From Actinomycetota bacterium (GTDB lineage Bacteria > Actinomycetota > Actinomycetes > JBMOMH01): a stretch of 48,623 nt of DNA. Shown here in pieces: positions 17,437-25,985 of this stretch. The stretch's first letter is position 1, and each line of letters opens with the position of its first letter. The notes beneath the pieces are model-generated. The model had not been told where the DNA came from and did not search any database. It saw nothing but the letters and a program-made list of their open reading frames with translations. Position numbers and translations under genes: made by a program. The stretch covers positions 1 to 48,623 of the forward strand of contig JBMOMH010000295.1 in NCBI GenBank assembly GCA_049323135.1, read 5' to 3'.

Positions 17437-20400
17437 ATGGACACCGACGCAGACGGCCCGGACCGGGCCGAAGGCCGGGGGGAGCCGGGGAAGCCCCCGG
17501 CTCCCGACGTACGCCTGGAGGACCTGACGCCGGGGGCCCGGGTCCGGGGGGTGGTCGTGGACGCCCCGGTGTCGGTGCTGGACGTGCGCTGGCACGGCTC
17601 CAACGCGGTCACGCTGACCTACCGGGACGACCACGGGGACGTGGCCCAGCGTCTGCTCTACCGGGACCACGAGCCGTCCCTTCGGATGGACGGCCAGGCC
17701 CGGGCCTACGCCTTCGACGGGGACGCGGACCTGTTCCGGCTGGCCGCCGAGGCGCACCGGATCCGGGTGGCGGCGCTGTTCGACCCCATGCTGGCCGTGA
17801 CCACCAGCGACCTGGAGCCGTTGCCGCACCAGATCAAGGCCGTGTACGGCGAGCTGCTCCCGCGCACCCCGCTGCGCTTCCTGCTGGCCGACGATCCCGG
17901 CTCCGGCAAGACCATCATGGCCGGGCTGTACATCAAGGAGCTGATCCTCCGCGGTGACCTCGCCCGGTGCCTGGTGGTCGCCCCGGGCAGCCTGGTCGAG
18001 CAGTGGCAGGAGGAGCTGCTGGACAAGTTCGGGCTGCGCTTCGAGCTGCTCACCCGAACCCTGGTGGACGCCACCCTGGGCGAGAACGTCTTCGACCGCC
18101 ACCCGCTGCTCATCGCCCGGATGGACCAGTTGTCCCGCTCGGAGGACCTGCGGGCGCTGCTGGAGCAGACCGACTACGACCTGGTCGTGGTCGACGAGGC
18201 GCACCGGATGTCCGCGCACTACTACGGCGGCGAGCTCAAGGCGACCCGACGCTACGAGCTGGGCCGGCTGCTGGGCCGGGTCACCCGGCACCTGCTGCTG
18301 ATGACGGCAACCCCGCACGCCGGCAAGGAGGAGGACTTCCAGCTGTTCCTGGCGCTGCTGGACGCCGACCGGTTCGAGGGCCGCTACCGGGACGCCGTGC
18401 ACTCCATCGACACCGCCGGGCTGATGCGGCGGATGGTCAAGGAGGAGCTACTCACCTTCGAGGGCAAGCCGTTGTTCCCGGAGCGGCGGGCCGACACGGT
18501 CAAGTACGAGCTCTCGCCGGGCGAGCGGGACCTTTACGAGGCGGTCACCGACTACGTACGCGAGCAGATGAACCGCGCCGACCAGCTCAAGGCGGCGGGA
18601 GAGGGACGCCGCGGCAACGCCGTCGGGTTCGCCCTCACCATCCTGCAGCGCCGCCTCGCCTCCAGTCCCGAGGCGATCCTGGCCAGCCTGGAGCGGCGCC
18701 GCCGCCGGCTGGAGAACCGCCGGGCCGAGGTGGCCGGCCTGGGCGGTCCCGGGTCCAGCCTGGAGCGCCGGCTCGCCGAGCTGCTCGGCCGCGGCGTCGA
18801 CCTCGACGAGGACGATCTGGACGACCTCACCGGTGAGGAGCGGGAGGAGGCCGAGGAGGCCGTCGTGGACTCTGCGTCGGCCGCCCGGACCCTCGCCGAG
18901 CTCGACAAGGAGATCGCCATCCTCGCCGACCTCACCGAGCTCGCCCGCCGCGTGCGCCACGCCGGCACGGATCGGAAGTGGACCGAGCTGCGCCGGCTGC
19001 TGCTCGACGAGGAGCCGATGTACGACGCCGCCGGCAACCGCCGCAAGATCATCATCTTCACGGAGCATCGGGACACCTTGAACTACCTGGTCGATCAGAT
19101 CCGTGGGCTGCTGGGCCGCGACGAGCCGGTGGTCGCGATCCATGGCGGCTTGACCCGGGAGGCGCGGCGGGCCGCGCAGGAGCTGTTCACCCAGGACAAG
19201 GACACCCACGTCCTGGTGGCCACCGACGCCGCGGGGGAGGGGCTGAACCTGCAGCGCGCCCACCTCATGGTCAACTACGACCTGCCGTGGAACCCGAACC
19301 GCATCGAGCAACGTTTCGGGCGTATCCACCGCATCGGGCAGACCGAGGTGTGCCGGCTGTGGAACCTGGTTGCCGCCGACACCCGGGAGGGTGCGGTGTT
19401 CCAGCGGTTGCTCGACAAGGTTGAGGAGCAGCGTCGCGCCTACCAGGGCCAGATCTTCGACGTGCTCGGTGAGGCGTTCGAGGGCCGGCCGCTGCGGGAG
19501 ATCCTGATCGAGGCGATCCGGTACGGCGAACGCCCCGAGGTCCGCGCCAGGCTGGACCAGGTCGTCGACGCCGAGGTCAGCAAGGGTCTGGACAACCTGC
19601 TGGCCGAACGCGCCCTGCACCAGGACGTGCTGGCCGAAGCCGACGTGGTGCAGCTGCGGCTGCGGATGGAGGAGGCCCGGGCCCGCCGGCTGCAGCCGCA
19701 CTACGTGCAGGCCTTCTTCGCCGCCGCGTTCCGGCTGCTCGGCGGGCGGATCAGCCCGCGGGAGGGTGGCCGGTTCGAGGTCACCCACGTCCCCGCCGAG
19801 ATGCGCGACCGCGACCGCCAGATCGGGCTGGGCGCGCCCGTGCTGCGCCGGTACGAACGGGTCTGCTTCGACCGGGCACACGCCCGTCTCCCCGGGCAGC
19901 CGACGGCCGACCTGATCGCCCCCGGGCACCCGCTGCTCGACGCGGCGATCGACCTGGTGGTCGAGCGGTACGGGACCCTGCTGAAGAGCGGCACGATCCT
20001 CGTCGACGCGAACGACCCTGGCGAGGAGCCACGGCTGCTGGTGGCGTTGACCCAGGCCATCACCGACGGGCACACCCCGCCCCGGACCGTGTCCAAGCGG
20101 TTCGACTTCCTCGAGCTCCGCGCGGACGGGACGGCCGGCGGCGCGGGCCCGGCGCCCTACCTGGACTACCGGGCGCCCACCGCCGAGGAGCGGGGGCTGC
20201 TCGACCGGCTGCTCGACGCACCCTGGCTGGCCGGCCGGGTGGAGGACGCCGCGGTTGGCTGGGCGGTCGAGCACGGGATCAGCGCGCACCTGGCCGAGGT
20301 GCAGGAACGGGTCCGTACGGCGGTCGCTCGCACCCGGGCCCAGGTCCGCCAACGGCTCACCCAGGAGATCAACTACTGGGACGCCCGCCACGCCGACCTG

Positions 20401-21015
20401 CTCGACCAGCAGGCCGCCGGCCGCCCCCTGAAGATCAAACCGGAGACCGCGGAGAAGCGGGCCCGTGACCTGGAACGCCGGCTGGAGCGGCGCCTGCGCG
20501 AGCTCGACGCGGACCAGGCGCTGCGCCCGCTGCCGCCGGTCGTCGCCGGCGGGGCCCTGGTCGTGCCCTGGGGGGCGGTGGAACGGCTGCGCGGGGAGCG
20601 GGGCCAGCCGGCCGCGGCGTACGCCAAGGACACCGCCGAGGTCGACCGGCGCGCCGTCGCCGCGGTGCTGGCCGCGGAGCGGGCGCTGGGCCGGCAGCCG
20701 GAGGAGATGCCGCACAACAACCCCGGGTACGACGTGCGCTCCCTGACCCGGGACGGGCACTGGGTGTTCGTCGAGGTGAAGGGCCGCCTGGCCGGGGCGG
20801 CCGACTTCGCGGTCACCCGCAACGAGGTTCTCTACGGCAAGAACGCCGACCGCTACCGGCTGGCCCTGGTGAGCGTCTCACCGGAGGGGCCGGCGTACGA
20901 CGAGCTGCGCTACCTGCTCGACCCGTTCCGGGGGGTCGACTTCGGCGACTTCGCCGCGGACGGGATCCGGGGCGACTGGACCACCATGTGGGCCCGAGGC
21001 GGGCCGCCGCAGTAA
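17437..21015 (+). CDS. SNF2/DEAD-like superfamily-2 helicase with a C-terminal DUF3883 (PD-(D/E)xK-like) domain
   Basis: 1192 aa. Motif I is LADDPGSGKT, motif II VVVDEAHRM, and the helicase C region is VLVATDAAGEGLNLQ...WNPNRIEQRFGRIHRIGQ. The C-terminal DUF3883 signature is NPGYDVRSLTRDGHWVFVEVKGR. There is no SD sequence. A TAGCCT hexamer ends 7 nt before the ATG, so the transcript may be leaderless. Confidence 0.92.
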   Translation: MDTDADGPDRAEGRGEPGKPPAPDVRLEDLTPGARVRGVVVDAPVSVLDVRWHGSNAVTLTYRDDHGDVAQRLLYRDHEPSLRMDGQARAYAFDGDADLFRLAAEAHRIRVAALFDPMLAVTTSDLEPLPHQIKAVYGELLPRTPLRFLLADDPGSGKTIMAGLYIKELILRGDLARCLVVAPGSLVEQWQEELLDKFGLRFELLTRTLVDATLGENVFDRHPLLIARMDQLSRSEDLRALLEQTDYDLVVVDEAHRMSAHYYGGELKATRRYELGRLLGRVTRHLLLMTATPHAGKEEDFQLFLALLDADRFEGRYRDAVHSIDTAGLMRRMVKEELLTFEGKPLFPERRADTVKYELSPGERDLYEAVTDYVREQMNRADQLKAAGEGRRGNAVGFALTILQRRLASSPEAILASLERRRRRLENRRAEVAGLGGPGSSLERRLAELLGRGVDLDEDDLDDLTGEEREEAEEAVVDSASAARTLAELDKEIAILADLTELARRVRHAGTDRKWTELRRLLLDEEPMYDAAGNRRKIIIFTEHRDTLNYLVDQIRGLLGRDEPVVAIHGGLTREARRAAQELFTQDKDTHVLVATDAAGEGLNLQRAHLMVNYDLPWNPNRIEQRFGRIHRIGQTEVCRLWNLVAADTREGAVFQRLLDKVEEQRRAYQGQIFDVLGEAFEGRPLREILIEAIRYGERPEVRARLDQVVDAEVSKGLDNLLAERALHQDVLAEADVVQLRLRMEEARARRLQPHYVQAFFAAAFRLLGGRISPREGGRFEVTHVPAEMRDRDRQIGLGAPVLRRYERVCFDRAHARLPGQPTADLIAPGHPLLDAAIDLVVERYGTLLKSGTILVDANDPGEEPRLLVALTQAITDGHTPPRTVSKRFDFLELRADGTAGGAGPAPYLDYRAPTAEERGLLDRLLDAPWLAGRVEDAAVGWAVEHGISAHLAEVQERVRTAVARTRAQVRQRLTQEINYWDARHADLLDQQAAGRPLKIKPETAEKRARDLERRLERRLRELDADQALRPLPPVVAGGALVVPWGAVERLRGERGQPAAAYAKDTAEVDRRAVAAVLAAERALGRQPEEMPHNNPGYDVRSLTRDGHWVFVEVKGRLAGAADFAVTRNEVLYGKNADRYRLALVSVSPEGPAYDELRYLLDPFRGVDFGDFAADGIRGDWTTMWARGGPPQ

Positions 21016-21096
21016 AGGAGATGAGACCAGCCTCAGTTTCCCGTAAGTTTTGCGCTACCCTCGGGACCGAGCCTACGAGAAACAAGGGGGGAAACT

Positions 21097-22833
21097 ATGG
21101 CGGTCAGCGCGGAGGTCCTCCACGTCCTCGACGCGGTGGCCGCCGGGGGACTGCCGGGCGACCTGGAGAGTGAGACGCTGGACTTCAAGACCCAGGGCCG
21201 GTCGGTTGCCGACACGCTGCGTGATCTTGCGGAGGCCGCCGCGTGCCTGGCGAACAGCGCCGGTGGGTCGATCATCGTCGGGGTGGCCGACGGCAAGCGA
21301 GGACCGACCGCGCTGGTCGGCACGGATCTTGACGGGCTCAAGGTCAAGCGGCGGATCTTCGAGCTCACCGACCCCCGGCTCACGGTCGGCGTCGACGAGC
21401 TGACCCGCACGGGTCGCCGGCTACTGGTGATCACCGTCCCGTCCAGCCCGGACGTCCACGCGGTCGGGGGCCGCTCGACCGAACGCATCGGCACGTCGTG
21501 TGAGCCGATGTCGAACTCGAGGATCGCGAGCGTCGTGGCCGAGCGACGAGGAGACGACTGGTCGGCGGACGACTCCACCGTGCCGATCGGAGAAGCTGAT
21601 CCGGTCGCCCTCGACCTGGCACGCTCGATGCTGGGGCGGTCTAGCGATGCACGGCGCGGCGCGCTCGGCCGCGCCAGTGACCCGGACCTGCTGCGCGGGC
21701 TCGGACTCGTCACGCCCCAACGCACGCTCGTCAACGCCGGGGCGCTGCTGTTCTGCGGGGACGGCGGCACGGCGCAACTCACGTACGTGCACCGCCGGAC
21801 ACCGGCGGGCGCGCTGGTCGTCAACGAGCCGCTGACCGCGCCGCTGCTCCGCGCGCTGGAGCGCGCGTTCGAACTCGTCGACGTCCGCTCCGACCGAACA
21901 TCAGTCAATCTTCCCGGCGGCCAGCAGATTCAGCTCGCGGATCTGCCCCCCGTCGCGGTCCGAGAGGCCCTCGTCAACGCCGTGATGCACCGGGACTACC
22001 GGCGGCCGGAAGCCGTCCATGTCGAGCACACCGCCACCCGGCTCGTCGTCACCTCGCCGGGCCCGTTCGTCACCGGCGTGACCGTGCACAACGTGCTGAC
22101 CACCTCGCCGCGGTCGCGCAACCCGCTGCTCGCCGGCGCCATCCGGATGCTCGGGCTCGCCGAGACGGCCGGCGCAGGAGTCGACCGCATGTACGCCGAG
22201 ATGGCCCGTCTCGGTCACCAGCCGCCGACCTTCACCGCCGACGCTGATCACGTTCGGGTGACCCTTCTCGGTGGGGCACCGAATACCTTCGTTGCCCGTT
22301 TCGTCTCGACCCTTCCCTCTGAGGAGTCGGAGGACGCCGACACGATGCTCACCTTGCTCACGCTGCTAGGGCAACGCACGGTCACGGCGGCGGCCATGGC
22401 ACCCCTCCTACAGAAGCCCGAACCCGAGGCGCAGGCGGTACTCGACCGCCTTTCATCCGAGGCGGTACGGCTGCTGGAGCGCACGCGGGAGTCAGCGCAA
22501 CGGCGACGGCCGGTCTACCGGCTGCGTGAGCACGTGGTGGCCACCCTGGGACCTGCGCTCACGTACCGCCGGCGCACCCTCGACGAGTACGACCGGAAAA
22601 TCATTGGCGTGGTACGCGAAGCGGGGGAGGTCAACGCGCGCATGGTAAGACTCCTTCTCGACCTGGATGCCGCTCCCGCATCGCGGGTGCTCGCTGACCT
22701 GGTGGAGCGCGGCATCCTCGTGAAGACCTCCCAAGCTCAGCGTGGGCCGTCGGTGGCCTATGGACCCGGCCCCGCGTTCCCAAAGCAGCCGCGCGGTCGC
22801 CGTAGAGCAGCCACCAGCGAGGAAGGCGCATGA
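21097..22833 (+). CDS. Schlafen/AlbA_2 DNA-binding domain + HATPase_c_4 (RecG-C-like) + C-terminal wHTH protein (COG2865 type)
   Basis: 578 aa. The N-terminus ESETLDFK...LANSAGGSIIVGV is AlbA_2-like. The central region REALVNAVMHRDY...SPGPF...SRNPLLAGAIRMLGLAETAGAGVDRM is HATPase_c_4-like. The C-terminal wHTH reads ASRVLADLVERGILV. RBS is aagggggg, and there is an ATGA overlap with the methylase gene. Confidence 0.85.
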   Translation: MAVSAEVLHVLDAVAAGGLPGDLESETLDFKTQGRSVADTLRDLAEAAACLANSAGGSIIVGVADGKRGPTALVGTDLDGLKVKRRIFELTDPRLTVGVDELTRTGRRLLVITVPSSPDVHAVGGRSTERIGTSCEPMSNSRIASVVAERRGDDWSADDSTVPIGEADPVALDLARSMLGRSSDARRGALGRASDPDLLRGLGLVTPQRTLVNAGALLFCGDGGTAQLTYVHRRTPAGALVVNEPLTAPLLRALERAFELVDVRSDRTSVNLPGGQQIQLADLPPVAVREALVNAVMHRDYRRPEAVHVEHTATRLVVTSPGPFVTGVTVHNVLTTSPRSRNPLLAGAIRMLGLAETAGAGVDRMYAEMARLGHQPPTFTADADHVRVTLLGGAPNTFVARFVSTLPSEESEDADTMLTLLTLLGQRTVTAAAMAPLLQKPEPEAQAVLDRLSSEAVRLLERTRESAQRRRPVYRLREHVVATLGPALTYRRRTLDEYDRKIIGVVREAGEVNARMVRLLLDLDAAPASRVLADLVERGILVKTSQAQRGPSVAYGPGPAFPKQPRGRRRAATSEEGA

Positions 22834-25622
22834 GCCGGGACAAGCGCAAGCTGATCGAGGTCGCGTTGCCACTGGAGGCGATCAACCGGGAGTCGGCGCG
22901 GGAGAAGTCGATCCGCCACGGGCACCCGTCCACGCTGCACCTATGGTGGGCCCGCCGACCCCTGGCCGCCTGCCGGGCGGTGCTGTTCGCGCAACTGGTC
23001 GACGACCCGTCGGCCCATCCGGAGAAGTTCCCGACCGAGGAGGCCCAGGCCAAGGAGCGCGCCCGCCTGTTCGAGTTGATCGAGCGGCTGGTGGTCTGGG
23101 AGAACGCCGGCGACGAGCGGCTGCTGCGGGCGGCGTACGACGAGATTGCCGCCTGCTTCGACGGCAAGCCGCCGGCGATCCTCGACCCGTTCGCGGGCGG
23201 TGGGTCGATTCCCCTGGAGGCGCAGCGGCTCGGCCTGGAGGCCCACGCCTCCGACCTCAACCCGGTCGCGGTGCTCATCAACAAGGCGCTCATCGAGATC
23301 CCGCCGAAGTGGGCCGGACGGCCACCGGTCTTCCCGGGCGCGGCCGAGTCACGGCTGGGCGACTGGCCCCGGGCGACCGGGCTTGCCGAGGACGTTCGCC
23401 GCTACGGGCAGTGGATGCGCGACGAAGCGGAGAAGCGCATCGGCCACCTCTACCCCAAGGCCACCCTGCCCGACGGATCAGCAGCCACGGTCATCGCCTG
23501 GATCTGGGCGCGCACCGTGACTTGCCCGAACCCCGCCTGCGGGATCGAGATGCCGCTGGTCCGCTCCTGGTGGCTGGGCAAGAAGAAGGGCAAGGAGGCC
23601 TACGTCGTCCCGCGGGTCGCGGACGGGCGGGTCGAGTTCTCGATCGGTCACGACCGCGGGCGCGCACCCACCAGCGACACCGATGGGACGGTGTCCCGCA
23701 CCGGCGCGCTATGCGTCGGGTGCCGTACGGCGGTGCCGCTGGCCTATGTCCGGGCCGAGGGGAAGGCTGGGCGGATCGGCGCCCGACTGATGGCGATCGC
23801 CGTCGAGGGCGACCGGCGGCGGGTGTACCTGGCGCCGACGCCCGAGCACGAGAAGGCCGCCGATGTTCCGGTGCCTGACGACGTGCCTGACAGCGAGCTG
23901 CCGGAGGCTGCCCTCGGCTTTCGCGTGCAGGGTTACGGGATGACTCGGCACGCCGACCTGTTCACCCCACGCCAGCTCACCGCGCTGACCACCTTCAGCG
24001 ACCTCGTCGGCGAGGCGCGGGAGAAGGTGTACGCCGACGCCCTGGCCGCCGGCCTGCCCGACGGCGAGAGCCTGGAAGCCGGCGGTACCGACGCCGCTGC
24101 CTACGCCGACAGCGTGGCGGTCTACTTGGCACTCGCGGCCAGCAGGATAAGTTCCACGAACGCAGCGTTGTGTCGGTGGCGCCCCGATCCTTCCAAGGAG
24201 AGCGTCAACGACACTTTCGCGCGCCAAGCGTTGTCGATGACCTGGGACTTCGCGGAGGGAAGTCCCTTCGTGCCCGGACCACCCGAGTTCGGCTGGAGTG
24301 TCCAGTGGGTGGTTCGCACTCTGGGCAGGCTTCCGAGCGGTCGAGGCCATGTCGCCCAGGTAGACGCTTCGACGAGCGACTACACCGGGGTCCTGGTTTC
24401 CACGGATCCGCCGTACTATGACAATGTCGGCTATGCCGACCTGTCGGACTTCTTCTACGTCTGGCTGCGACGCTCGTTGGGGAATGTGCTGCCCTCGCTG
24501 TTGGGGACAATGCTCACGCCCAAGGCTGAAGAGTTGGTCGCGGATCCGTTCCGCCGGGGCGGGAACGCCGAAGCCGAACGCTACTTCGAGGACGGCTTCA
24601 CCCGAGTATTCGCCCGCATCCGCGACGAGACGCCGGCCGATCTGCCCATCACCGTCTTCTACGCGTTCAAGCAGGCGGAGAACGACACGGAGGGCACGGC
24701 GTCGACCGGGTGGCAGACGCTTCTGGAAGGCATGCTGCAGTCCGGTTGGCAGGTAACGGGAACGTGGCCAATCCGCACCGAACTGGGCAACCGGATGCGC
24801 AGCCTGGACTCGAACGCTCTCGCTTCCTCGGTGGTGCTCGCGCTGCGACCCCGGCGCGAGACATCGGGTGCTACTACTCGACGCGCCTTCTTGGCGGAGT
24901 TGAAGGCCGAGATGCCGGACGCTCTTCGGCACCTCCAGCAGGGCTCGATCGCGCCGGTGGACCTGGCGCAGGCCGCGATCGGGCCGGGGATGGCGGTGTT
25001 CACCCGCTACCGCCAGGTCCTCGAGGCCGACGGTTCGCCGATGACAGTGCGAACGGCGCTTGCGCTGATCAACCAAGTGCTCGACGAGGTGCTCGCCGAG
25101 CAGGAGGGGGACTTCGACGCCGACACTCGGTTCTGCGTGAAGTGGTTCAGCCAGTTCGGCTGGGACGAGCAGCCCTACGACTGGGCCGAGGGACTCTCGC
25201 GGGCCACGAACACCTCGGTCGAGGGTCTGGTCCGCGGCGGGGTGTTCTGGGCGCGAGCCGGCAAGGCCCGCCTGCTCGGGCCGGACGAGCTCGCCGGAGG
25301 TTGGGACCCGCTGACCGACGAGCGGGTGAGCGCGTGGGAGGTCGTCGTACGCGTCGCCCAGGCGCTCGACGCCCGCGGGGGGGAGGAGGCGGCACGGCTC
25401 CTGGCCTCCGCTGGCCAGCGGGTCGACCTCGACACCGCCAAGGAGCTGGCCTACCTGCTGTACCGGACGTGTGAGAAGAAGGGCTGGACCGACAGCGCGT
25501 TGCTGTTCAATGGGCTGGGCACCTCATGGTCCGACTTGTCGTCGTCGGCGAGGGGGGCGGCCGCGGCTGCGCGTCCCGCCCAGGGCGCACTCGACTTCGA
25601 CGCTGCGGGGGATGAGCCGTGA
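22830..25622 (+). CDS. DUF1156-family DNA amino-methyltransferase (N6-A/N4-C type) with an internal Zn-ribbon
   Basis: 930 aa. The DUF1156 N-terminus reads KLIEVALPLEAINRESAREKSIRHGHPSTLHLWWARRPLAACRA. The AdoMet motif is ILDPFAGGGSIPLEA and the catalytic motif is VSTDPPYYDNVGY. The Cys4 ribbon is CPNPAC...CVGC. Confidence 0.92.
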   Translation: MSRDKRKLIEVALPLEAINRESAREKSIRHGHPSTLHLWWARRPLAACRAVLFAQLVDDPSAHPEKFPTEEAQAKERARLFELIERLVVWENAGDERLLRAAYDEIAACFDGKPPAILDPFAGGGSIPLEAQRLGLEAHASDLNPVAVLINKALIEIPPKWAGRPPVFPGAAESRLGDWPRATGLAEDVRRYGQWMRDEAEKRIGHLYPKATLPDGSAATVIAWIWARTVTCPNPACGIEMPLVRSWWLGKKKGKEAYVVPRVADGRVEFSIGHDRGRAPTSDTDGTVSRTGALCVGCRTAVPLAYVRAEGKAGRIGARLMAIAVEGDRRRVYLAPTPEHEKAADVPVPDDVPDSELPEAALGFRVQGYGMTRHADLFTPRQLTALTTFSDLVGEAREKVYADALAAGLPDGESLEAGGTDAAAYADSVAVYLALAASRISSTNAALCRWRPDPSKESVNDTFARQALSMTWDFAEGSPFVPGPPEFGWSVQWVVRTLGRLPSGRGHVAQVDASTSDYTGVLVSTDPPYYDNVGYADLSDFFYVWLRRSLGNVLPSLLGTMLTPKAEELVADPFRRGGNAEAERYFEDGFTRVFARIRDETPADLPITVFYAFKQAENDTEGTASTGWQTLLEGMLQSGWQVTGTWPIRTELGNRMRSLDSNALASSVVLALRPRRETSGATTRRAFLAELKAEMPDALRHLQQGSIAPVDLAQAAIGPGMAVFTRYRQVLEADGSPMTVRTALALINQVLDEVLAEQEGDFDADTRFCVKWFSQFGWDEQPYDWAEGLSRATNTSVEGLVRGGVFWARAGKARLLGPDELAGGWDPLTDERVSAWEVVVRVAQALDARGGEEAARLLASAGQRVDLDTAKELAYLLYRTCEKKGWTDSALLFNGLGTSWSDLSSSARGAAAAARPAQGALDFDAAGDEP

Positions 25623-25933
25623 CCGAGGCAGCAGCCCGTCGTGCGGTGACGCTGGCGGAGGTGCGGCGGCACCGCGAGGAGATTGTCGCCATGGGAGAGC
25701 GACACGGCCTCACCAATATCAGAGTGTTCGGCTCGGTCGCGCGCGGAGAGGCGGATGAACGCAGCGACCTTGACCTGCTCGTTGATCCCGGACCAAACGC
25801 GAGCCTGTTCACACTCACCGCCTTCGCGCTCGACGTGGAGACGGTGCTTCATGTCTTCACCCAGGTCGCCACGCCCAACGGGCTGAAGTCCCGGATCAAG
25901 GAACGTGTGCTGGCAGAGGCCGTGCCGCTGTGA
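25619..25933 (+). CDS. MntA-type minimal nucleotidyltransferase (type VII TA antitoxin family), without a canonical HepT partner
   Basis: 104 aa with a GTGA overlap onto the methylase stop. The pol-beta NTase motif is FGSVARGEADERSDLDLLVD. Confidence 0.85.
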   Translation: MTEAAARRAVTLAEVRRHREEIVAMGERHGLTNIRVFGSVARGEADERSDLDLLVDPGPNASLFTLTAFALDVETVLHVFTQVATPNGLKSRIKERVLAEAVPL

Positions 25934-25985
25934 GAAGTGATCGCGAGCGTCGGCCTCGAAGAAGTCCTGACAGGGGACATGTGAC

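Noticed and set aside
17424-17437. A leaderless-mRNA promoter for the helicase (TAGCCT ending 7 nt before the ATG, with no SD).
   Set aside because: It is plausible for actinobacteria, but no convincing -35 element is present. A single TAnnnT hexamer is weak evidence, so I mention it only in the helicase evidence.
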